In this document: piece by piece, positions 28,597 through 38,210 of the stretch
Position numbering within the stretch: position 1 is the first letter of the stretch
Layout: every line of letters begins with the position of its first letter
NCBI GenBank assembly: GCA_034120015.1
Contig: JAXEIF010000005.1
Location: 7,467-71,466 of the forward strand
Length of the DNA: 64,000 nucleotides
DNA from: Spirochaetia bacterium
GTDB lineage: Bacteria; Spirochaetota; Spirochaetia; JAFGXN01
Reading direction: 5' to 3'
The notes under the pieces: generated by a model
What the model saw: only the letters and a program-made list of their open reading frames with translations
Told to the model about the DNA's origin: nothing
Database searches by the model: none
Made by a program: the position numbers and the translations under genes

Positions 28597-30912
28597 TTAT
28601 TCAGCTACATCAGTCTCCACCGATGTATACTTGCCCGTATCCCAGGCATAGAACGCAAAGAATTCGGCATGCATGATATCGGGATTCTCCGGGGTCAGCC
28701 GATCTTTTTCATTATAAATAAGGTTATGCATATTCTGCCAGTCTCCCAGCTCGGATGAATATTTGACCTGAATCGGCGCATAGGTGTCGGCATTCATGAA
28801 CGGTGCCGTCACACCGGAGTTTCCGAAAGCACCTGTCGTTTTGTTCATCTGACTCTTTCGTGTTCCGGACTGGGAAAAATCCCAATTCCAGGTTTTCGGG
28901 AAGTTCCACATCACCACCTTTTCGGGGGTGACCAGCATCGCCAGATAAAACCAGTCTCCCGAAGAAGCCTGTCCGCCATCCAAATAGTTATTGCTGAATG
29001 TTCCGGAAATTCCGTTATTGTCTCTTCCTCTCAGATTATCCGAAGTCGACCAGTAATTGTTATCGCCCCCGCGGGTCTCATAGCGGTCTTCCCAACCCGG
29101 GTATCCGCCGTACCAGGCCCAGGAATGAAGCACCTGCCACTGACTCTGATTGTTACCGACCCATTCATACATATCGTACTCATATACCTGCTGACCGTTT
29201 AACCCGCGATCGGAGGTCGGAACATCGGTATACTCATCGGAAGTCGTTATATTTTTTGCCCGACGGATTCTGCTTTCCCCTCCTTCCGGCATAAACAGCT
29301 CTTTTTCGCCGTAAGCACGGCTGAACGGGTTGTTGCTTTCGGCCCACCAGGCATCCCAATGTGCATTGGTTTTTGCTGAACGATTTCCCCATGAATGTTT
29401 AATTTTGGTGATAAACAGTCCGCTCGGAAACTGTCGCTTGGAATGGATAGCGCCGGCCAAGCCGTATCCTGTTGTATCATATGTGCCACCACTTCCGGGG
29501 ACCCATCCTTCCTGACCATTGTTCACATTTTTATTCTGAATCGTCTTATCAAAGAAGACTTTTATTAACAATTCTCCGTTTTGAATATCGACCGCTTTCG
29601 GCGACCAGTAAGGCTGCTTGTAACGGTCACCGGAATAACCTTTAATCCCGTCATCAAAAGTCACCAATGTCGGAGATGCGATTCCCTCATTTCCGATTTC
29701 GGGACGTTCAATCCCCGGATTACCGATATCCCAGTTTTCCTTCAAAACATCCATACTGTCAAACGAGTCGTAGTGAGTCAGTTTTAAGATTTTTCCGTCA
29801 ACCGCAATCCGTGCCGGAATCATACCGGGGGCAGGAGGCGTAACCGTTTCGATAATGTTACCTTCCTCATCAACCTGAATCACTTCCATCGAGTCATCAT
29901 AGTAATAGAAGGCAACCGTATCCACAGAAACCGTAACAGTCGTGCTGCTGTTACCTGTTTTTCCGAAATAAAGATAATAAACACTCCCGTCATTGGGAAT
30001 CGCATAGTCTCCCGCTGCTTTACTGTTGTTTTCAATTCCGTCCGTATAGGCTGTCAAATTGGATCCGTCGAGAAAGGAAATCCCGAAAGCATGGTCTTTT
30101 CCTGTTTCAATCGTATAGGCATTTCCCCTACTGTTTGCCAGACGGGATTTCCAAACAGAATCACTGGTATCAATGAATTCATTCGCCCAACCGCGGGAAT
30201 TGTTATCTCCGGCCATATCCGCACTGCCGAGTCCCATTGCAACCCCCGTATCGGCACCGGCGCTCACCTGAGCAATCACTTCGGCATAAGCAACGTTCTT
30301 GCCAGACAGTGCCAGTCCGGCAACAAGACCTTCCTGCAGATCAAGCGAATAATTGGCTTCGGTGGAATCGGCGCCGGAAATAGTCGTAATCTTTAAAGAT
30401 CCGTCGCTGAATTCGCGGGAAAATTTGGCCTCAGTTCCGTCTTTATATGTCCATGTTCCTTTCAAACCTGTTGTTTCAAAATCAAACAGAGAAAGCAGAC
30501 GAAAGCCTTTTCCTCCACGATGTACAACTTCCTGAATGCCGTCAGGTACAGTAACCGTACAGGTTGCTTTTGCCGACTTATCCGCTTTACTGACAGCCGT
30601 AAGAGTCACCGTACCGGGCAGATTCCTGGCTGTAATCACAGGATTTCCATCCGTCTGTAAAGAAATTTTAACAATATCCTCATTCGAAGAGGTTAGCGTA
30701 TATCCTTTTTCCGATGCTTTGGTTACAACATTGACAGCCAACCGCGAAGAAGTATTCTTCCATAGTATCATTTCAGCCTGACTGAAAGAAATTTGAACTT
30801 CTGGAGCTGTGCTGTTCCCGCCACCATTCCCGTCTCCTCCCGGTGTAGGTGTAGGTGGAGGACATCCCACTGTCAGCAATGTTGCCAAAAATAAAAAACA
30901 AAGCTTTTTCAT
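28597..30912 (-). CDS. GH16-like glycoside hydrolase lipoprotein (tandem duplicate 2)
   Basis: 771 aa with lipobox 'LTVGC', a Pro/Gly linker, and the motifs WDIGNPGIERPEIGNEG, HSKRQFPSGLF, HWDAWWAESNNPFSRAYGEK and YEYDMYEWV. Confidence 0.65.
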   Translation of the reverse strand: MKKLCFLFLATLLTVGCPPPTPTPGGDGNGGGNSTAPEVQISFSQAEMILWKNTSSRLAVNVVTKASEKGYTLTSSNEDIVKISLQTDGNPVITARNLPGTVTLTAVSKADKSAKATCTVTVPDGIQEVVHRGGKGFRLLSLFDFETTGLKGTWTYKDGTEAKFSREFSDGSLKITTISGADSTEANYSLDLQEGLVAGLALSGKNVAYAEVIAQVSAGADTGVAMGLGSADMAGDNNSRGWANEFIDTSDSVWKSRLANSRGNAYTIETGKDHAFGISFLDGSNLTAYTDGIENNSKAAGDYAIPNDGSVYYLYFGKTGNSSTTVTVSVDTVAFYYYDDSMEVIQVDEEGNIIETVTPPAPGMIPARIAVDGKILKLTHYDSFDSMDVLKENWDIGNPGIERPEIGNEGIASPTLVTFDDGIKGYSGDRYKQPYWSPKAVDIQNGELLIKVFFDKTIQNKNVNNGQEGWVPGSGGTYDTTGYGLAGAIHSKRQFPSGLFITKIKHSWGNRSAKTNAHWDAWWAESNNPFSRAYGEKELFMPEGGESRIRRAKNITTSDEYTDVPTSDRGLNGQQVYEYDMYEWVGNNQSQWQVLHSWAWYGGYPGWEDRYETRGGDNNYWSTSDNLRGRDNNGISGTFSNNYLDGGQASSGDWFYLAMLVTPEKVVMWNFPKTWNWDFSQSGTRKSQMNKTTGAFGNSGVTAPFMNADTYAPIQVKYSSELGDWQNMHNLIYNEKDRLTPENPDIMHAEFFAFYAWDTGKYTSVETDVAE

Positions 30913-31068
30913 ACAATTAATCTCCTTTTATTTAAATTATATTAACATTATAAAAGAAGTTTTCGCCGTTTGCAAACAAAAAAAAATTTTTATTTTCCAA
31001 ATCTCATTTTTCGCACATGTGAAATTTAATACTTGTATTTTACAATAGCAACTATTAAAATACATTTT

Positions 31069-32934
31069 ATGAAAATACGTACATTATTTTTAATTTCATC
31101 ACTGCTTTTATCGTCGTGCCTGTCCGTCGACGTTCAGGAGTCTGTTTCCCGCACCGACGATACGGACTATCTTCCGCCGATTGATCTGACGGCAGCCGAA
31201 TCGGCACCACGGGCGCTGATCCCTTTTCCGCGTCAAACGACATGGGGTACCGGAGAATGGATTCTCGAACGATGCACCGTGACCCGCAAAATCGAAACAC
31301 TATCGTTCAGTTCCTCTCCCGAAGCCTATTTACTGACCGTTGCCGACGGCCGCATCGAAATCAAAGCCAACGGGGAAAAAGGGCTTCGATACGCGGATTT
31401 GACCCTGAATCAGCTGACCGAAAACGGCCGCAAGCCGGTGCCGGCCTGCACTATCCGCGACTACCCGGCCTTCTCCGTCCGCGGTTTTCACCACGATACC
31501 GGAAGGAACTTTCAAAGCATCGCCTCTCTGAAAGAACAAATCCGCCGTCTGGCCGCTTACAAACTCAACACATTCCACTGGCACATTACCGACAATCCGG
31601 GCTGGCGGGTCGAATGCAAAAAATACCCTGTTTTAAACGATCCGAAAACAATGTACCGCAGTACCGAATTCTATACTTACGACGAAATCCGCGATCTGAT
31701 TTCTTTCAGCAACGATCTCGGCGTTCAGGTGATTGTGGAACTGGACATGCCCGGACACAGCAAATTCTTTCCGAAAGCGTTCGGTTTTTCGATGGGATCG
31801 CAAAAAGGAACGCAAATCTGTCTCGATCTGATTCAGGAATTCTGCGATGAAATTCCGGTCGAAATGGCACCGGTTATTCACGTCGGAGCCGACGAAGTCC
31901 GTGCTCCCGTTATCGACGAATTTATGCCGTTGGTAGAAGCCAAACTGAAAGAAAACGGACGTACAGGTATGGTCTGGAATCCGGGAATCAAATCCTCTCC
32001 CGATGTCATCGAGCACACCTGGTTTGAAAAGGCTCAACAGCCCGGTTACCGCAACATCGATTCGAGCGGGCTTTACACCAATACTCTCGATTTTTTCAAT
32101 GTGATTCAGGCCATTTATTTCAAACAACCGTGCGAAGCGCCTACCGGTTCCGATACGGAACTGGGAGCGATTGTCTGTAACTGGAACGATGTAGCGATAT
32201 CCGACGAAAAAGATGTTTTGCTGAACAACCCGGTTTACAGTTCGGGAATCACGGCAGCCGAGATTTTTTGGAACGGAAATCCGACCGGCAGCCAGCGTTA
32301 CAAACAGATCCTGCCTCCGTCCGGTTCGGACGCGCTTCGCGCTTTTGCCGAGTTCGAAAACCGTCTGATAGCCCATAAGAATCTTTACTTCGGAGATGTC
32401 GGTGCCGGGTTTATTTACCCCAGACAGTCCGATCAGGTTTGGCAGCTGACAGGGCCAGACGGTACGACGGTCGAAGCCAGAGGTGTTTCGCTGCTTTTAA
32501 GCGATTATTTTCCGAATGCCCGAAAACGGCAGGCAGCGGTCTGCCGTTTGGAAATCGAAAGCGAAACCGACCGCGAAGTGCTGCTTCATGCCGGGTTTGA
32601 TGTACCCGGCCGTGCACACCGTTTTTACGGCGGTGTTCCCCCGAAAGGAAAATGGGATCGCTACGGCAGTACGATTACTTTAAACGGGAATCCCGTCGAG
32701 CCGCCCCGGTGGCAACAGCCGGGCGCCTACCGGCACGATATTGTCCAGACATGGGATCACCCGGTACAGGAAGTCCCCTGGACCGCCGAAGAACTCTACT
32801 GGCGCCGCGAACCGGTGCGGGTTCAACTGAAAAAAGGTGTCAATGTGATTGAAGTCAGGGCTGTCAAAAACTCACCCAAACAGATTTGGATGACAGCTCT
32901 CTGGCTTGAAGATGTTGGGGAATCGGTAAAATGA
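31069..32934 (+). CDS. GH20 beta-N-acetylhexosaminidase, lipoprotein
   Basis: 'RGFHHDTGRNFQSIASLKEQIRRLAAYKLNTFHWHITDNPGWRVE' and the catalytic-region motif 'HVGADEV' (H-x-G-G-D-E type). Lipobox 'LLSSC' if the start is at the MKIRT codon at 31069. Confidence 0.85.
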   Translation: MKIRTLFLISSLLLSSCLSVDVQESVSRTDDTDYLPPIDLTAAESAPRALIPFPRQTTWGTGEWILERCTVTRKIETLSFSSSPEAYLLTVADGRIEIKANGEKGLRYADLTLNQLTENGRKPVPACTIRDYPAFSVRGFHHDTGRNFQSIASLKEQIRRLAAYKLNTFHWHITDNPGWRVECKKYPVLNDPKTMYRSTEFYTYDEIRDLISFSNDLGVQVIVELDMPGHSKFFPKAFGFSMGSQKGTQICLDLIQEFCDEIPVEMAPVIHVGADEVRAPVIDEFMPLVEAKLKENGRTGMVWNPGIKSSPDVIEHTWFEKAQQPGYRNIDSSGLYTNTLDFFNVIQAIYFKQPCEAPTGSDTELGAIVCNWNDVAISDEKDVLLNNPVYSSGITAAEIFWNGNPTGSQRYKQILPPSGSDALRAFAEFENRLIAHKNLYFGDVGAGFIYPRQSDQVWQLTGPDGTTVEARGVSLLLSDYFPNARKRQAAVCRLEIESETDREVLLHAGFDVPGRAHRFYGGVPPKGKWDRYGSTITLNGNPVEPPRWQQPGAYRHDIVQTWDHPVQEVPWTAEELYWRREPVRVQLKKGVNVIEVRAVKNSPKQIWMTALWLEDVGESVK

Positions 32935-35378
32935 CAGACAGATCCCGCATTCTTTTCAGTCTGCTGATATTTCTCTCATCTCTTCCGACAGATGCATCGG
33001 CAGCCGAACCGGGAAACAGAGTTCTTTTCTACACTTCGCCCGCAGAAAACTGGGAACAGGAATCTCTGCCGATCGGTAACGGCTGGATGGGCGCCTCCCT
33101 CTTCGGAGGTATCGAAAACGAACGTATTGTTCTGAACGAAAAAACATTATGGGAAGGCGGTCCGGGAGAATGGGACGGATACGGGAAACCCGATCCGAAT
33201 AAAGGCGCTTTTGCCCTGCCGGAAATTCGTAAAGCGGTTGAAGAAGGAAAATACGGAGAGGCGCACCGTCTTGCCGAAAAATATCTGACCGGCAATGGCA
33301 CGGGAAAAGGCGCTTATCAGCCGCTCGGAACGCTGGATATCCGTTTTCCGGGAATTAAACGGCAGAAAGGCTCTTATATCCGCAAACTCGATACCGGAAA
33401 CGCGGTACACACCGTTTCTTTCTCGCAAAACGGGGTCGAATATACGCGGAACGCTTTTGCCTCTTACCCGGATAAAAGCATCGTCTTTTCGTTCTCTGCG
33501 GACCGTCCGCAATCGGTTGCTTTCAACCTGCAGTGGGAAACCGTCAACGAAACAAAAAACTATTACGACACCTATAAAAACGAATTCGTCTGCCTCAACC
33601 CGAATGTCCGCACAGGCCGCACCGAAACAGTCGCCGTCGAACGTCTCGGCGACGATACGGCCAAAATGACGGTCGAAGGTATTTTAAACAACAACGGCAT
33701 GAAATATGCCGCCGTCATTTACATAAAAGCCGTCAACGGCACGGTCGGTACCGACGGAAAATCGGCGGCCGTCCGCGGAGCCGATCGGGCCGTTCTCTTT
33801 TTTGCCGCCGCCACCGATTACGCCAACGAATATCCCCGCTACACAAGCGGCCGGAATCCGTTGCCGGTCGCCGACGCCTTTGCCCGCGAAGCGTTTGCGA
33901 AAGGCGAAACCCGGGTTTACCGAAATCACATCCGCGATTATACCGGACTGTTTGAACGCACCGCACTGCGTTTGACGGACAGCGATGAAACGTTGACGGA
34001 TGTTCCGACCGACAAACGGCTGAAACAGTTCCGCAGAAACCGCGACCCGATGTTTTTGGAACTGCTTTTCAACTACGGAAAGTATCTGCTGATTGCCTCC
34101 TCCCGCGAAGGATCGCTTCCGCTCAACCTGCAGGGCGTCTGGAACGCATATACGGCACCTCCCTGGAGCAGCGATTACCATACCAATATCAATCTTCAGA
34201 TGGCTTACTGGCCGGCGGAACCGCTTCATTTGGGAGAAATTCACAAACCGCTGCTCGACTACATTCCGACACTGGTTCAACCGGGAGAAATCACCGCCCG
34301 TCACTATTACGGAACCGGCGGATGGGTCTGCCACACCAGCAATAACCCTTTCGGAGAAACGCAGCCCGGATGGGGAATTGTCTGGGGACATTTCCCGGGC
34401 GCGGCCGCCTGGCTCTGCCGTCATTTGTGGGATCACTACCTTTATACGCAGGATACCGCTTTTCTGAAAGAGGTCTATCCGACGGTCAAAGGAGCCGCAC
34501 AATTTTGGGCCGATTGGCTGACAACAGATAAAAACGGCAATCTGATCTCCTGCCCCTCTTATTCGCCGGAACACGGTACGATTTCCGCCGGTGCAACAAT
34601 GGATTTTGAAATCGCTTTCGAAATTCTGAACACCGCAATTACCGCTTCCGAAATCCTCGGTACAGACAATACCGAACGGGAAATATGGCGGAGCATTGTC
34701 AGCCGGATTCCGCCGCTGAAAATCGGACGATGGGGACAGCTTCAGGAATGGACCGAAGATATCGACTCAAAAACAGATAAACACCGCCATATCTCGCATC
34801 TCTATGCTCTGCATCCGGGAACACAAATCTCTCCGATTACGACACCCGAGACGGCGAAAGCTGCCGCCGTCACACTGAAAGCCCGCGGTGACAAAGCCAC
34901 CGGATGGTCGATGGCGTGGAAAATGAATTTTTATGCCCGTTTGGGAGACGGAGATCATTCGTATAAGCTGCTGCGGAATTTCGTACGGTTCACCGAACGA
35001 TCCGGAGTAGCTCTTTCGGGAGGAGGCTTTTACCGGAATTTGTGGGATGCCCATCCGCCGTTTCAGATCGACGGGAATTTCGGCATTGTTTCCGCTTTTA
35101 TCGAATGGGTTTTGCAAAGTCACAACGGAGAAATACATCTTCTGCCTGCTCTTCCTTCCGCAATCAAAAACGGCCGGTTCGACGGTTTTAAAGCCGCCGG
35201 CGGGTTCACGGTTTCCGCTTCCTGGAAAAAAGGAAAAATGAACGAAGCCGTTATCCGATCCGATGCCGGGAAACCGTTAACGGTTCGCTACGCCGGCAAA
35301 ACGGTCGATATCGATCTGAAACGGGGCGAATCGGTTCGCCTCAACGGCAATCTGGAGATTCTTTCTTCGGACCGATAA
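32931..35378 (+). CDS. GH95-family alpha-L-fucosidase
   Basis: 815 aa. The N-terminus 'ESLPIGNGWMGASLFGGIENERIVLNEKTLWEGGP' and the 'PLNLQGVWN' motif are characteristic of GH95. Its start is coupled to the GH20 stop by an ATGA overlap. Confidence 0.85.
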   Translation: MTDRSRILFSLLIFLSSLPTDASAAEPGNRVLFYTSPAENWEQESLPIGNGWMGASLFGGIENERIVLNEKTLWEGGPGEWDGYGKPDPNKGAFALPEIRKAVEEGKYGEAHRLAEKYLTGNGTGKGAYQPLGTLDIRFPGIKRQKGSYIRKLDTGNAVHTVSFSQNGVEYTRNAFASYPDKSIVFSFSADRPQSVAFNLQWETVNETKNYYDTYKNEFVCLNPNVRTGRTETVAVERLGDDTAKMTVEGILNNNGMKYAAVIYIKAVNGTVGTDGKSAAVRGADRAVLFFAAATDYANEYPRYTSGRNPLPVADAFAREAFAKGETRVYRNHIRDYTGLFERTALRLTDSDETLTDVPTDKRLKQFRRNRDPMFLELLFNYGKYLLIASSREGSLPLNLQGVWNAYTAPPWSSDYHTNINLQMAYWPAEPLHLGEIHKPLLDYIPTLVQPGEITARHYYGTGGWVCHTSNNPFGETQPGWGIVWGHFPGAAAWLCRHLWDHYLYTQDTAFLKEVYPTVKGAAQFWADWLTTDKNGNLISCPSYSPEHGTISAGATMDFEIAFEILNTAITASEILGTDNTEREIWRSIVSRIPPLKIGRWGQLQEWTEDIDSKTDKHRHISHLYALHPGTQISPITTPETAKAAAVTLKARGDKATGWSMAWKMNFYARLGDGDHSYKLLRNFVRFTERSGVALSGGGFYRNLWDAHPPFQIDGNFGIVSAFIEWVLQSHNGEIHLLPALPSAIKNGRFDGFKAAGGFTVSASWKKGKMNEAVIRSDAGKPLTVRYAGKTVDIDLKRGESVRLNGNLEILSSDR

Positions 35379-35477
35379 TCACACACTGCCGAAAACGGCA
35401 GCTTCTTCAATCGGGAAAGGCGCCCGCCGCCCTTCCCGTCTCTTGACTTTCGCTTCCGACAAAGTTATAATCGCATC

Positions 35478-37043
35478 ATGGCAGATTCATTTCACTGGGC
35501 CGATATCACGGCCGACAAAATCATTCGCGAAAAAGGCGACAAAGATCTTTATGTTTGCGCATCAGGCATCACACCGTCGGGAACGGTTCATATCGGTAAT
35601 TTCCGCGAAATCATTTCCGTTGCTCTGACGGTTCAGGCTTTAAGAGAAAAAGGAAAAAATGTACGCTTTTTGTATTCGTGGGATGATTACGATGTTTTCC
35701 GAAAAGTTCCCAAAAACATGCCGCAGCAGGAGCTTCTCGAATCGTATTTGAGACAGCCGATTACGCTGGTTCCCGATGTTTACGGACAATACGAAAGCTA
35801 TGCCCAATACAACGAAAAAACCCTCGAAAAACTGTTGCCGATCGTCGGTGTCGAGCCGGAATTTATTTATCAGGCTTCCAAATACCGTAACGCCGACTAC
35901 GCACAGGGCATCAAAACCGCCCTCGACCGGAAAGACGAACTGAAAGCGATTCTGGATGAACACCGGACAACGCCGCTTCCCGAAGACTGGCTGCCCGTTT
36001 CCGTCTTCTGCGAAAAGTGCAACCGCGATACGACTCAGGTGACCGGCTACGACGGAGAATGGTCGATTCATTACACCTGCTCCTCCTGCGGTGCCGACGA
36101 AACGATTGATTTGAGAAAAACAAAAGCGGCTAAGCTGCCGTGGCGTATCGACTGGCCGATGCGGTGGGCGTACGAAAAAGTTGATTTCGAACCGGCAGGA
36201 AAAGACCACCACTCCGAAGGCGGCAGTTTCGATACCGCCAAAAAAACGGTCGCCGTTTTCGGCTGGCAGCCGCCGGTCACGTTTCAGTACGATTTTATTT
36301 CGATCAAAGGACGCGGCGGAAAAATTTCCTCGTCTGGCGGCGATGTCATCGGTCTGGACGATGTTCTCGAAGTCTACACACCGGAAATTACCCGTTACCT
36401 GTTTGCGGGAACCCGGCCGAACACCGAGTTTGCCATTTCGTTCGATTTGGACGTATTAAAGATTTACGAGGATTACGAATCGTGCGAGCGGCTCTTCTTC
36501 ACCGAAAACCCGACACCGAAAGAGGCGGCAAAAAAAGCCAAAAGCGACCGCATTTACCGTCTTTCCCAGGTCGGCGACGTTCCCGCAGAATGCCCCTACC
36601 AGATTCCGATGCGCCATTTGTGCAACCTGCTGCAGATTCACGACGGCAACATCGAAGCGGTGCTGGCAACCCTGCCGGATTTGAAACCGTCCCAAAAACC
36701 GCGGCTGGAGCAGAAATGCCGCTGCGCATGGAACTGGATTACCCGGTTTGCGCCGGAAGAGTTCCGTTTTTCGCTGCGCACCGCGGATGAGGAAAAACCG
36801 CAGGCCGACGAGGCGTGCACACGGGTGCTGGCCGACGTCCGCCGCCTGGTTGCCGAAAAAATGGAATCAAGCGACGAAAAAACGTTCGGCGAGCTCATTT
36901 ACGCTTCGATGCAGGAAAACAATGTCGCTTCCGCCGATTTTTTCACCCTGATGTACCGAACCCTGATCGGAAAAGACAAAGGCCCCCGGCTGATCAACTT
37001 CATGTACACAATCGGCAAAGAAAAACTGCTGAAACTTCTGTAA
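35478..37043 (+). CDS. lysK: Class I lysyl-tRNA synthetase (LysRS-I)
   Basis: 521 aa with the HIGH-type motif 'GTVHIGNFRE' and the KMSKS variant 'GGKISSSGG'. The length and architecture are typical of archaeal and spirochaetal class I LysRS. Confidence 0.75.
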   Translation: MADSFHWADITADKIIREKGDKDLYVCASGITPSGTVHIGNFREIISVALTVQALREKGKNVRFLYSWDDYDVFRKVPKNMPQQELLESYLRQPITLVPDVYGQYESYAQYNEKTLEKLLPIVGVEPEFIYQASKYRNADYAQGIKTALDRKDELKAILDEHRTTPLPEDWLPVSVFCEKCNRDTTQVTGYDGEWSIHYTCSSCGADETIDLRKTKAAKLPWRIDWPMRWAYEKVDFEPAGKDHHSEGGSFDTAKKTVAVFGWQPPVTFQYDFISIKGRGGKISSSGGDVIGLDDVLEVYTPEITRYLFAGTRPNTEFAISFDLDVLKIYEDYESCERLFFTENPTPKEAAKKAKSDRIYRLSQVGDVPAECPYQIPMRHLCNLLQIHDGNIEAVLATLPDLKPSQKPRLEQKCRCAWNWITRFAPEEFRFSLRTADEEKPQADEACTRVLADVRRLVAEKMESSDEKTFGELIYASMQENNVASADFFTLMYRTLIGKDKGPRLINFMYTIGKEKLLKLL

Positions 37044-37123
37044 TTTTTTCGATTCTTTAAAAAAAAGAGCGGTCTTTTTTCAAAAAGATTCATTCCGGAC
37101 ATTATCTGATACGGAGGTCTTTT

Positions 37124-38134
37124 ATGAAACACACCGCTCTTTTTTGTTTTTCGCTTTTTCTTATTTCCTGTATTCCCTTATCAATCGGGAAGAAAACCGG
37201 CCCGCTTGATTTTTCCCCGCCCCGCTTTACCGAGGCATCCGTAACGGGTGCCAAAAGCATCCGGTTGCGTTTCGACAAAGCGTGCACCGTTCTCGATGCA
37301 AAACCGGTCATCAGCAGCGGCTTAACGGTTCAAAAGGTGTCGTACCCCGAAGAGGGAATCATTCTTATTGAAACAGCCGAAACGCAGATTCCGGGAAAGG
37401 AATATGTCATTGATCTGACTGTAGCCGATGCTTCCGGCAACACGACAACGCTGATGTGGGCCTTTTACGGATTCAATTCCCGAATTCCCAGACTGCAGCT
37501 GAACGAAATCTGCGTCAACGGCAGTTCGACCCGACCAGATATGGTGGAAATTCTCTCTCTTTCCGAGGGAAATCTTGCGGGACTCTGTCTCTACCACGGT
37601 TCGCCCTCCGACTACAAGTCGCTGTTTATTTTTCCGAATGCGGAAGTCAAAGCCGGCGAAATGATTTTGGTTCATTTCAAACCGGAAGGACTGGCAACGG
37701 AGGTTCAGGAAACCGGTGCGTTGGACGAATCGGGCGGGAAACTGTCACATCCGAATGCGCGCGATTTTTGGGTTGAAGGCGGCAGCGGCCTTTCGGGCAC
37801 CAACGGGGCGCTGGCCCTCTACGATACGCCGAACGGCACGTTAATCGAGGCGTTTTTGTACTCGAACCGCACAACGGCATCGGACACCGCGTATAACGGT
37901 TTCGGCAGTGCATCGTTTTTAACCAATGTAACGGAAATCACGGAAGCCGGCGGCTGGCAGTGGTCATCCGAAACACCGCGCCCGGAAGAATGTTTCAATC
38001 CGACAAAATCGACATCGACACGGACCATTAACCGACGCCCCGATACCCCTTCCGGCTCCCGTTTCTCATGGTTTATCGGCGCCACGAGCACAGCTTCGTT
38101 CGGTGAACCGAACACCGACAAAGAATATTTTTAA
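37124..38134 (+). CDS. Hypothetical lipoprotein (336 aa)
   Basis: Signal plus lipobox 'LFLISC'. It is predicted to be beta-rich, with possible lamin-tail-like segments. No catalytic motif was recognised. Confidence 0.5.
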   Translation: MKHTALFCFSLFLISCIPLSIGKKTGPLDFSPPRFTEASVTGAKSIRLRFDKACTVLDAKPVISSGLTVQKVSYPEEGIILIETAETQIPGKEYVIDLTVADASGNTTTLMWAFYGFNSRIPRLQLNEICVNGSSTRPDMVEILSLSEGNLAGLCLYHGSPSDYKSLFIFPNAEVKAGEMILVHFKPEGLATEVQETGALDESGGKLSHPNARDFWVEGGSGLSGTNGALALYDTPNGTLIEAFLYSNRTTASDTAYNGFGSASFLTNVTEITEAGGWQWSSETPRPEECFNPTKSTSTRTINRRPDTPSGSRFSWFIGATSTASFGEPNTDKEYF

Positions 38135-38210
38135 AAATTTTATCGAAAAGAATCGAATTTGTTCTTTTCGACCATTATTAATTACGGATGTTTCATCCGC
38201 AGGAGGTTTT

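Noticed and set aside
33684-34574. 296-aa minus-strand ORF inside the GH95 gene (and others at 31633-32376 and 35640-36212)
   Set aside because: These are shadow ORFs in GC-rich coding sequence. The opposite-strand products (GH95, GH20, LysRS) have clear family motifs.
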